This document shows, one piece after another, positions 1 to 8,273 of a stretch of DNA of 64,000 nucleotides. Location: assembly GCA_030141605.1 (NCBI GenBank), contig JAQGDQ010002369.1, positions 1-64,000 on the forward strand, in the 5' to 3' direction. Every line of letters starts with the position of its first letter. The first letter of the stretch is position 1. The position numbers were made by a program, and so were the translations under genes. The stretch comes from Tubiluchus corallicola (taxonomy: Eukaryota > Animalia > Priapulida). The notes under the pieces are model-generated. The model had not been told where the DNA came from and did no database searches. It saw nothing but the letters and a program-made list of their open reading frames with translations.

Positions 1-670
1 TTCGGGAATTCGAAGACAGGCGATTTGGGAATGATCGGATCTGAGATGAAAATGGGTATCAGTTCGGCATCGATGACCAAAAGCGCCCTCAATGCACAAG
101 CAGATGGAATGATCGTTTCAGGTGTATTTAGCATTATGGCAGGTTGCGCGGCAATCGGTGGAGCAGGAATGGAAATGGGCGCGATCGGAGGAGAAATGTC
201 TGCCTTGGCAGAAATCGATGCGGTTCCAACTGTAGAAGAGGGGGCCGAGCCGGCAACCCAAGCTTCATCCGATCTAACTCCAGCTGAGGAAACTCCACCT
301 CAAGAAGAGCCTGAAACCGGTGGAAATGATACGACTTCGGGAATTCGAAGACAGGCGATTTGGGAATGATCGGATCTGAGATGAAAATGGGTATCAGTTC
401 GGCATCGATGACCAAAAGCGCCCTCAATGCACAAGCAGATGGAATGATCGTTTCAGGTGTATTTAGCATTATGGCAGGTTGCGCGGCAATCGGTGGAGCA
501 GGAATGGAAATGGGCGCGATCGGAGGAGAAATGTCTGCCTTGGCAGAAATCGATGCGGTTCCAACTGTAGAAGAGGGGGCCGAGCCGGCAACCCAAGCTT
601 CATCCGATCTAACTCCAGCTGAGGAAACTCCACCTCAAGAAGAGCCTGAAACCGGTGGAAATGATACGAC
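1..670 (+). repeat. Exact 335-bp tandem duplication (1-335 = 336-670) at the window start
   Basis: ttcgggaattcgaagacagg...gaaatgatacgac occurs twice back to back. The unit length is not a multiple of 3. Probably an assembly artefact. Confidence 0.9.
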
Positions 671-1223
671 AACGAATGCGCAATCAGAGCTCAAAAGACT
701 TCAGGAAGAAGTCAATCCTCAAAGTAGCGCTGAAAGAAGCTCTACCGAAATCAGAGACTCGGAAATGAGCATGCAGGAACGTACGCAAGTTCTTGAAAAT
801 GAAGAACGTACCCTTGACACTGGAGAAGAAGATAGAACAGAAGATACAACGGGTGCGACGAATCAGGATCAGGCGAATGTAGAAGTGCAGGATTCACAGA
901 AAGGAATGACAGCAGAGCAGAAAACCGCAGCGAAAGAGAAAATCTCGAAAGAAGCTCAGAAGAAAATATCAAGAGCCCGAGGATTCCAGCAGGCTGGTAT
1001 GGCTATCCCACAATCCATGGGATCTCTTGGACAATCGCAGTTCAAACAGGACGAGGCCACTCAGCAGGCAGGAGCGCAAGTACGTCAAACAGAACAACAA
1101 GCGATCAATACCAGTTCGCAGGTTGCGCAGAAATTTTACGGCGATCTACAGCAGGGGGTTACCGCTGCTGGCCAAACCATGGATTTGGTCAACCAATCGG
1201 TGGTGGCATCATCCAGGATATAA
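336..1223 (+). CDS. Translocator-like (CopD/SctB-like) protein, 5'-incomplete; paralog of 6643-7638
   Basis: Frame FGNSKTGDLGMIGSEMKMG aligns to residue ~37 of the 6643 gene. One hydrophobic segment (GMIVSGVFSIMAGCAAIGGAG), an acidic linker and a Gln-rich C-terminus ending VVASSRI. Confidence 0.65.
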   Translation, partial: FGNSKTGDLGMIGSEMKMGISSASMTKSALNAQADGMIVSGVFSIMAGCAAIGGAGMEMGAIGGEMSALAEIDAVPTVEEGAEPATQASSDLTPAEETPPQEEPETGGNDTTTNAQSELKRLQEEVNPQSSAERSSTEIRDSEMSMQERTQVLENEERTLDTGEEDRTEDTTGATNQDQANVEVQDSQKGMTAEQKTAAKEKISKEAQKKISRARGFQQAGMAIPQSMGSLGQSQFKQDEATQQAGAQVRQTEQQAINTSSQVAQKFYGDLQQGVTAAGQTMDLVNQSVVASSRI

Positions 1224-1239
1224 TCGCCAGATAACTTAG

Positions 1240-1405
1240 TTTTGGGTCTGTCTCCTCTCTATCATGTGACGACCTTTAACCCCTGAGCGGGCCCAAAACA
1301 CTTTTCTATCTTGAGACTGACTCCATTTCATGTGCTCATAATAATTCTGAGTCAGTCCAAGATCTTTCAACCAGGAGTAAACTTAGGTTTACTCCTTCTT
1401 TTTTT
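1240..1405 (+). ncRNA. Putative 3'-UTR structured RNA: two large-loop hairpins plus a terminator
   Basis: Stem 1 at 1240-1298 (ttttgggtctg..ctc / gagcgggcccaaaa). Stem 2 at 1308-1363 (atcttgagactgactc / gagtcagtccaagat). Stem 1 recurs at 7655-7711. Confidence 0.55.
1373..1405 (+). terminator. Rho-independent terminator
   Basis: aggagtaaac-ttag-gtttactcct followed by a T tract. Confidence 0.85.
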
Positions 1406-1883
1406 GCCTTTGAAAAGCCTAAACCACTTAAAATCAGTTGTCAGGGTCAGGTAACTATTCAAGGGGAGTTAGGCCATTATACCGATAGGTTTTTTCAGGG
1501 ATTGATCATAAATATTTTTAGTTTTACCCCCGATCTGTCTTTTTTAAATTGTTGATTTTAAAAGGGTTGGGTTTTTGGTTTTTTCAAATCTTTGAAGACC
1601 AGGCGATTGTGTTTCTAAATATTTTTTTAATATTTCTTAAAATTAAATTTACATTCTAAGTTTCTATAACTAAGGCAGTTGGTTTTGTCTATTTAAGGGA
1701 TGGTTAAGGAAATGTAAGGTTTTATTTAACATTTTTTTTGGTTATTAACAGAATCTTAATAATTCCCGCATATAATCTTGTTTAGGGGGAGAAGAAGTAT
1801 AGTTTTTATACTTCGTGGCTCGAGTCTTAATACTTGAGCCGCGGCTTTTTACCCCCTCAAGGAACAAAACTTGGGGGAACTTT

Positions 1884-2318
1884 ATGACCGCACAGAATTT
1901 GTTAAATTTCTTTGAAGAGTTGATTGACTCACCAGAGAAAGCAGGTGATGTTGAAACAATCACCAAAAAATCTATGGATCTCTTCAATGAGATCACAGAT
2001 CGCCTCAAAAACTCTACTCCAGATGAAAGAAATAAGCTCCAGAACGAGCTTACAGCAGCAGCTGATAAAATGAATCAGGAGTTCGAGAAACTATGTGGTA
2101 AATATGGGATGACTCGGGAACAGATGGAGAACATGGTGAATGATCCATCTAATTTTGATTCCGAGACCTGGTCTTCAATCGAATCTTTAAGGAAAGATAT
2201 CAGCAACAATCAACAATCTCTCATCCAAAATCTAGGTTCTTCTGAACCAACATCTAAGAAAAAAGGGAAGAAACAAGGTTCTAAGAGTAAAACATCGAAA
2301 AAGTGGATCAACGCTTAA
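1884..2318 (+). CDS. Conserved chlamydial protein, CT635-like
   Basis: GMTREQMENMVNDPSNFDSETW motif and Lys-rich tail ending KKWINA resemble C. trachomatis CT635 (recalled). ATG at 1884 follows ggggg. Confidence 0.7.
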   Translation: MTAQNLLNFFEELIDSPEKAGDVETITKKSMDLFNEITDRLKNSTPDERNKLQNELTAAADKMNQEFEKLCGKYGMTREQMENMVNDPSNFDSETWSSIESLRKDISNNQQSLIQNLGSSEPTSKKKGKKQGSKSKTSKKWINA

Positions 2319-2347
2319 ATAAGCGATCTACTTAGGGGAAGAAGAAG

Positions 2348-3175
2348 ATGTGTGCACAAGAAGCAACAAACGGTGTTGATGCTGCCAATGGAACAGGCAG
2401 CGGTGACAACATCGCTAATTATTACTTTATGCAAGAGAAGCAAGAGCTTCTATCTCAGATTGAGGCCCTTCAGGAAAAACTGAAATCAGGAAGCATGGCC
2501 TCCTGGTACATTATTCAGTTACTACTCGATAAATTGAATGGAATGGCTACCGAATTGAAAGATGGAATCGGTACCTATTCTAACGATATTAACAAACTGT
2601 CAGGTGATGAGAACAAACTCGCTGCAGCTTTGAAGAATATCGAAGCTTATCAAGCTGCCCACCCGGGTGAAACGGTTCCAGATTCCGACATTAAAGCTTT
2701 TAAGACTGCTTTTAACAATGTTAAGAGCGACTTGGCAGATTTAAAGAAATTCGTAGCCAACAATCCAGGTCCAAATAACGAATGGAAGAATACTTATGAT
2801 GATGCTCAGGGTAACTTTGACATGATCAGCAATGAAAAATGGACAAATGGACAGACCGTCGGTCAAATGATTGCATCTGGTGACGATAGCGGTCTTCAAG
2901 CTGCCTTTACCGAATGGGCCAAGGAATACAACCAGACAGGTACGGGTTCTAAAGGTTCTACCGGTCCTTTTGTTGACTGGGAAAACGGAGCCGGTACAGC
3001 GGAAGGTTTGAATAACTTGATTCAGGATTTATCCAGTGACATCACGAATGCCAACAACACCCTGAACCAGGATGCTCAGATCATCAACTCTTGTAACTCT
3101 ATAGCACAGTCTGGCGTGAAGAACACTACGGATATGTATTCGTTCTTTGCACAGCACCAGGTAGCGAACGGGTAA
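2348..3175 (+). CDS. Helical Asn/Gln-rich protein, putative T3SS-secreted (tip/filament-like)
   Basis: 275-aa ORF with RBS, a low-complexity Gly/Asn-rich N-terminus and no Sec signal. First gene of the cassette. Confidence 0.55.
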   Translation: MCAQEATNGVDAANGTGSGDNIANYYFMQEKQELLSQIEALQEKLKSGSMASWYIIQLLLDKLNGMATELKDGIGTYSNDINKLSGDENKLAAALKNIEAYQAAHPGETVPDSDIKAFKTAFNNVKSDLADLKKFVANNPGPNNEWKNTYDDAQGNFDMISNEKWTNGQTVGQMIASGDDSGLQAAFTEWAKEYNQTGTGSKGSTGPFVDWENGAGTAEGLNNLIQDLSSDITNANNTLNQDAQIINSCNSIAQSGVKNTTDMYSFFAQHQVANG

Positions 3176-3207
3176 GAAATGAGAAAGAAACTAACCGGAG
3201 GAAAATT

Positions 3208-4011
3208 ATGAGTAGCGAACAAGCCGTTCAAGGGTCATCGCAGGCCCCGTCGGCCGCGCCGCCTCTTTCAACAGGATCAGCTCAAGGATCAGACATCAAT
3301 GTCATGATGCTTTTGATGATGATCGAAAAAGGGACACTCGATTCGAATGGGCAGTTGGAAAAATACTATGCCCAGCAACAAGATGACGGTGCCTGGGAAG
3401 TCGATCTGATGAAGGCGATTGAAGAAGGAGTCTCCACAGGTGGTGGGACCACTCCTTATAAAGGCGCAGAAGCAATTATTGAAAAGTACTTAAAAGACCA
3501 TGACATGAGCCATTTTGATGCGAATCAAATCATTGCCATTCATGGCCTTGAAAATATGACAGCAGGTCTTAAATCGAAAGACGCGATCATTGCTGCCCTA
3601 GTTAAGAAAGTAGAGCACGATACAAGTGAGTACAACAGTGCAGTATCAACTGTACAAGATGATGAAAATGAAATTCATCATTGTGAAGACAAACTGAAAA
3701 GTTGGAAAGATATGTTTCCTTGGTATGACGAATACTGGGGTGGAAAGCTGGCTTATTATGAATTAAAGCTAAAAATTACAGATCAGCCCAACTTAGAAAA
3801 GTGGACAGCTCAATTGGAAGCGGACACTGATTCATTGAAGGCAAATGAGGTAGATGAACAAGTCCTTTTTTCACAAGGAGTTGACTCTGCTCAGGATAAA
3901 GGACAGCAAATGAAAGCTACTGGGCAATACGAAGTACAGCAATTGCAAAACTCAAATCAAGGGATTATGACGTTTTCAAGTAATTTCTTCGTGGCACAGC
4001 AACAAGTATAA
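3208..4011 (+). CDS. Helical cassette protein, paralog group A
   Basis: RBS ggagg. Aligns with the 4024 gene (KGTLD, KYYAQQQDDG/KYAAQKQADG, LKLKITD/LKLKLTD). Confidence 0.7.
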   Translation: MSSEQAVQGSSQAPSAAPPLSTGSAQGSDINVMMLLMMIEKGTLDSNGQLEKYYAQQQDDGAWEVDLMKAIEEGVSTGGGTTPYKGAEAIIEKYLKDHDMSHFDANQIIAIHGLENMTAGLKSKDAIIAALVKKVEHDTSEYNSAVSTVQDDENEIHHCEDKLKSWKDMFPWYDEYWGGKLAYYELKLKITDQPNLEKWTAQLEADTDSLKANEVDEQVLFSQGVDSAQDKGQQMKATGQYEVQQLQNSNQGIMTFSSNFFVAQQQV

Positions 4012-4023
4012 AAGGAGAAACAG

Positions 4024-4857
4024 ATGAGTGGAGAACAAGTAAACAATTCTGGAAGAGGCCATGAGGTTTTCCTAATCCCACTCACGTTGTCCGATGGGAA
4101 AGACGTGAACATTTTTCTGTTATTGACCCTGTTGCAGAAGGGAACTCTCGATTTTGATGGAGAGTACCGGAAGTATGCAGCTCAAAAGCAGGCAGATGGC
4201 GAATTTCTCGTTAACTTAATGAAAATGCTAGAAGAAGCTGTTTCAAAAAACGGAACTCCTCTGAAGTACAAAGATGTAGGGAAAATGATCGATAGATTCT
4301 TCAAGAATCACGACATAAGGAATATGAGTCCCACTGAATTGATTGCACTACATGACATCAAGAATATGTGCAAAAAATTGAAAAACAAGGATGTCAAGAT
4401 CTCTGATCTAATGGACAAGGTAGCTCATGACAACGATGAGTACCAAAAGTGGGAAAAGAGATGTGAGACAGACCAGAGAAAGATCGATGAGGCTCAGGAA
4501 AAAGCTAAGCACTATCTACATGATGCTAAGAAACACTGGTACAACCCAAAAAGAGTTGCCAAAGACATGGCAAAAGTAACTTATTGGTCAGGAGTTGCCG
4601 ATTTCTATTTTTTAAAACTGAAACTCACTGATGGACCTAACCGCGATAAATGGGCAGCAAAATTAGTGGCTGACTCTCTTTCACTAAAAGCTGCAATAGA
4701 AGATGAAGACTGTTTCTTTGGATCTATATCCTCGAAGTGGTCGATCAAGGGACAGCTGGCTAAATCTATCGGTGATTATGAAACACAAACGATCGATAGA
4801 TCGGACAAAAATATAATCGAATTTTCAAGACATCTCATTGAAAATTCAACTGTATAG
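4024..4857 (+). CDS. Helical cassette protein, paralog group A
   Basis: RBS aggag. Clear paralog of 3208-4011. Confidence 0.7.
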   Translation: MSGEQVNNSGRGHEVFLIPLTLSDGKDVNIFLLLTLLQKGTLDFDGEYRKYAAQKQADGEFLVNLMKMLEEAVSKNGTPLKYKDVGKMIDRFFKNHDIRNMSPTELIALHDIKNMCKKLKNKDVKISDLMDKVAHDNDEYQKWEKRCETDQRKIDEAQEKAKHYLHDAKKHWYNPKRVAKDMAKVTYWSGVADFYFLKLKLTDGPNRDKWAAKLVADSLSLKAAIEDEDCFFGSISSKWSIKGQLAKSIGDYETQTIDRSDKNIIEFSRHLIENSTV

Positions 4858-4867
4858 GAGAAAAAAT

Positions 4868-5389
4868 ATGGATTCTAACGTCATGGCACTAGAAGCTTTG
4901 GCTCTACAGATCCAACAGCAGGAAAAACAGAAAAAGCTAGAAGAAGAACGGAAAAAGGACCAGGTAAAACTCGACAAGCTGATGAAAAACGGAAAAGTGA
5001 CGAACCCTTTACTTCTGATTTTCTTCCTTGAAATGCAGGGAATGAAAAGCCTGAGTAAATCAGTAAATCCTCTGATGGAAAGAAACCAAGCTTTGCATGA
5101 TCAGTATCTTGCAAAACTGAAACAGATCTCGGAGCTGAATCAGAAGCTACAAAATTTAGTAAGTAGCAAAGATTATAGCCAAAAAGATCAAACTGAAGCA
5201 TTGGATCTACAAAATCAAATTGCAGAAGCTCAAGTAGATGCCCAGCAGATTCAACAGAAAGGGCAGAGCTTATGGTCGATCAATTTTGAACCGGTTGAAA
5301 ACAACGTGCAATCGACATCGAATATGGCTGCTACAGCAATACAATTAATTGATCAATCGAGACAAAGCTTTTTAAGTACAACAAGTTAA
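4868..5389 (+). CDS. Gln-rich coiled-coil cassette protein, distant group A paralog
   Basis: RBS aggag at 4856 supports ATG 4868. NPLLLIFFLEMQGM and QQKGQ motifs are shared with neighbours. Confidence 0.65.
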   Translation: MDSNVMALEALALQIQQQEKQKKLEEERKKDQVKLDKLMKNGKVTNPLLLIFFLEMQGMKSLSKSVNPLMERNQALHDQYLAKLKQISELNQKLQNLVSSKDYSQKDQTEALDLQNQIAEAQVDAQQIQQKGQSLWSINFEPVENNVQSTSNMAATAIQLIDQSRQSFLSTTS

Positions 5390-5414
5390 TAAATATAAAA
5401 AAAGGTTAAATAAT

Positions 5415-5963
5415 ATGAGCGCAGAAACAAGTGGATCAGGAGATTCAAGTTTTAACATTTTTCTTTACCTTGCCAAATTAGAGCAAGACGGAATGAATAC
5501 TTCCAATCAGAGTAAAGCAACGATCCTCGCTAAATTGAATTATCAGGAAGAGGAATACAAGAACCAGATTTCTCAGTGGAAATCAGCGAGTGACCAGATT
5601 GGAAAAGATGCTGATAAAGCACAGAAAGACGCCGATAAAGCAGGTGGATTCTGGAACAGTATGTTCGGGAAGATCCTATCTCTGGTTAACATTGGAACGC
5701 TTATCTATTGTGCTGTGAAAGGAAAGGGAGCTTTCAGCAGTGGTGATACCGACGCAGCCGGAGACCAGGGAAAAATGTCTCAAGATGTGCAGGTAGCAAA
5801 CCAGGCTCAGACACAAGTACAGCAGACACAGCAAAAGATGTCGATGACTGAAAATATCGAATTGAACTCTCAACAGCAGGCACAACAATCTATGCAGAAC
5901 ATGTACAACAGCATGGTGCAAAACTTTGGTTCAATGGGATCTTACAACAACCAGAGAGGCTAA
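5415..5963 (+). CDS. Gln-rich cassette protein with central hydrophobic segment, distant group A paralog
   Basis: NIFLYLAKLEQDGM motif; GGFWNSMFGKILSLVNIGTLIYCAV is hydrophobic. Confidence 0.65.
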   Translation: MSAETSGSGDSSFNIFLYLAKLEQDGMNTSNQSKATILAKLNYQEEEYKNQISQWKSASDQIGKDADKAQKDADKAGGFWNSMFGKILSLVNIGTLIYCAVKGKGAFSSGDTDAAGDQGKMSQDVQVANQAQTQVQQTQQKMSMTENIELNSQQQAQQSMQNMYNSMVQNFGSMGSYNNQRG

Positions 5964-5965
5964 AA

Positions 5966-6628
5966 ATGACAACGACAACATCAACACACTCTCAAGAGCT
6001 GGTAGAGCTTCGCTCGAGGGAAGCCTCTAAAGCGGTCGTTAAAAGTCAGCCGAAAGGTGATGACGGAAAACAAGTCACAATGACCGAGCTTTTGGCTGCC
6101 TATGCTCTTTACAAGGAAACTCTTGATAAAGGTGTCGTCACTCAATCGCAAACGATGGACACTCTTTTCAAGGTACAGGACAAAGCATTGGTATTGGCTA
6201 ACGAACAAATGAAGAAGATGCTGCCTGAAATGGAAAAATCTGCAAAAGAACAAAAAGCAGCAGGCATCCTTTCAACGGTCGGTACGATTTTAGGGGTCGT
6301 TGGATTGATCTGTATGTTCATTCCAGGTCTACAGCCTATTGGTATTGCATGCATGGTTGCTTCAGGAGCATGTTTGATTGCTGCTGGAGGTCTTCAAATC
6401 GCATCTGGTGTCCAAGAGAAGAAGGTAGCAGATCAAAAAGGAGATGCGATCAAGGACCAAGCGACATCGGGACAGATATCGACATCAGTCCAAGGATTGA
6501 GTACACAGTTAAACAATACTGTTAGCTCAAAAACCACGTTGGAACAAACGATCAATGCAATCATTGATAGTTATGGTAAGGCTGAAGTAAGTGCCGGACC
6601 AAGACAAAATTACGCACAAGCAGGTTAA
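5966..6628 (+). CDS. Translocator-like protein with a hydrophobic hairpin (SctE/CopB-like but short)
   Basis: A ~50-aa double hydrophobic stretch (AAGILSTVGTILGVVGLICMFIPG...LIAAGGLQIASG) flanked by coiled coils. Confidence 0.6.
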   Translation: MTTTTSTHSQELVELRSREASKAVVKSQPKGDDGKQVTMTELLAAYALYKETLDKGVVTQSQTMDTLFKVQDKALVLANEQMKKMLPEMEKSAKEQKAAGILSTVGTILGVVGLICMFIPGLQPIGIACMVASGACLIAAGGLQIASGVQEKKVADQKGDAIKDQATSGQISTSVQGLSTQLNNTVSSKTTLEQTINAIIDSYGKAEVSAGPRQNYAQAG

Positions 6629-6642
6629 AAAGGTTAAATATT

Positions 6643-7638
6643 ATGAGTCACGGAGATACAACAACAGTCACCAATGCAGAGCTTAGACAGGCTATGGAAA
6701 AGCTCTCGGCGGCTTTTATTAAATCAACAGCAAAAACAGGGGAAGTCCTGTTCGGGAACTCACAGACCGGTTCTTTGGGAATGATTGGATCTGAAATGAA
6801 GATGGGTTTCAGTTCAGCAGACATGACCAAGAGCGCCCTCAAGGCGCAAGCAGATGGTTTGATCTGTGCAGGTATCTTTTCAATCGTAGCAGGTTGTGTA
6901 GCCATCGGCGGCGCTGGAGCAGAAGTGGGAGCAATCGGTGGAGAAATGTCCGCCTCGGCAGAAATCGATGCTCTACCTACTGTAGAAGAAGGAGCTGAGC
7001 CAGCAACCCAAGCTACTACGGATCTTACTCCTGCAGACGAAGCTCCTAAGGGACCTGAAACTAGTGGAGATGGAACTCCTCTGAAGACACAGGAAGAGCT
7101 TCAAGAAATGGAAGAAACGGGGACTATTCCGAAACCTGGCGAAGAAATGGAATTAAGAGAGATATCAGCCCCTCGCGATGAAGAAGTAGAAGTAAGACTC
7201 GAAGTTCGTGAAGAAGAAGCAAGTGTACGAGATACTAGAGAAGAAGATAGCACTGAAGATACAGCAGCAACAACGAATCAGGATCAAGCGACTGTAGAAG
7301 TCCAAAATTCTGAAAGGGGAATGACAGCCGAGCAGAAAACAGCAGCGAAAGAGAAAATCTCGAAACAAGCACAGCAGAAGATTGCAAAAGCCAGAGGATT
7401 CCAGCAGGCTGGTGCGGCTATACCTCAAGCTATGGGATCTCTTGGACAATCACAGTACAAACAGGAAGAAGCGACTCAGCAATCTGGAGCGCAAGTACGT
7501 CAAACAGAGCAACAAGCGATCAATACCAGCTCGCAAGTTGCACAGAAATTTTACGGCGATTTACAGCAGGGTGTTACCGCTGCTGGACAAACCATGGATC
7601 TTATCAACCAAACGGTGGTGGCATCATCCAGGATATAA
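6643..7638 (+). CDS. Translocator-like (CopD/SctB-like) protein
   Basis: Single hydrophobic segment, acidic linker and Gln/Ala-rich C-terminal helix. It follows the two-TM gene, as in sctE-sctB pairs. Confidence 0.6.
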   Translation: MSHGDTTTVTNAELRQAMEKLSAAFIKSTAKTGEVLFGNSQTGSLGMIGSEMKMGFSSADMTKSALKAQADGLICAGIFSIVAGCVAIGGAGAEVGAIGGEMSASAEIDALPTVEEGAEPATQATTDLTPADEAPKGPETSGDGTPLKTQEELQEMEETGTIPKPGEEMELREISAPRDEEVEVRLEVREEEASVRDTREEDSTEDTAATTNQDQATVEVQNSERGMTAEQKTAAKEKISKQAQQKIAKARGFQQAGAAIPQAMGSLGQSQYKQEEATQQSGAQVRQTEQQAINTSSQVAQKFYGDLQQGVTAAGQTMDLINQTVVASSRI

Positions 7639-7654
7639 TCGCTAAATAACTTAG

Positions 7655-7755
7655 TTTTGGGTCTGTCTCCTCTCTATCATGTGACTACCTAATCCCTGAG
7701 CAGGCCCAAGATTTTTTCTTCGAGGAGCAAGTGAAAGCCTGCTCCTCTTTTTTTT
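7655..7755 (+). ncRNA. Second copy of the 3'-UTR hairpin RNA with its own terminator
   Basis: ttttgggtctgtctcctctctatcatgtgac is identical to 1240-1270. The 3' arm gagcaggcccaaga retains pairing. Confidence 0.5.
7722..7755 (+). terminator. Rho-independent terminator
   Basis: gaggagca...tgctcctc followed by a T tract. Confidence 0.85.
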
Positions 7756-7778
7756 GGCAATAGAGTCTGAAGGAATGG

Positions 7779-8138
7779 TTAGAAGAGTTTAGAGCCGATT
7801 TTGGCCTCAGTAAGAGGAGTGATGATGGTTGCTTCGCCACTTTCTGATTTGGGGTATTGGACGCCAAGAATAAGGACTTCTGAAAGGGTCTCTCCTACTT
7901 GGCGGGGCTCGAAATTAAGCACACCAAAGACCTGTTTACCTTTCAACTCTTCCGGCGCGGTTTGCGTAAGTCGGGCAATACTAGTCTTTATCCCGAACTT
8001 TCCAAAGTCGACTTTTAATCTGTATGACTTCTTAGGTGCGCCAGGCGCATCTTCAACAGACAAAACTCTACCCAATCTAATTTCCAATAGATCGAGCGAT
8101 TCTTCTTTCGAAACAATTTCCTTAGTTTCACGAGCCAT
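7779..8138 (-). CDS. csaA: tRNA-binding/chaperone protein CsaA (OB fold)
   Basis: EIRLGRVLSVED, LKVDFG, NFEPRQV, SEVLILG and GSKLF motifs. Confidence 0.8.
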   Translation of the reverse strand: MARETKEIVSKEESLDLLEIRLGRVLSVEDAPGAPKKSYRLKVDFGKFGIKTSIARLTQTAPEELKGKQVFGVLNFEPRQVGETLSEVLILGVQYPKSESGEATIITPLTEAKIGSKLF

Positions 8139-8161
8139 AATAAACAACCTGTATATGAAAA

Positions 8162-8273
8162 AGGTTAGTCTGGAGATATTTTAGATTATTTTGCCTATTG
8201 TTCTTTTGGGCAGTACGAATGTACGGCCATAAGAACAATAGGCAAAATAATCTAAAATATCTCCCACTAACCT
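8162..8273. repeat. 112-bp palindrome with a perfect 34-bp stem
   Basis: 8172-8205 is the exact reverse complement of 8231-8264. The outer arm aggttagt/actaacct includes the clpX stop. Confidence 0.9.

Noticed and set aside
25-369. 114-aa ORF as a separate gene
   Set aside because: Created by the 335-bp duplication junction.
5604-5645. KDADKA(Q/G) 21-nt tandem repeat
   Set aside because: Only two diverged heptad units; ordinary coiled-coil duplication.
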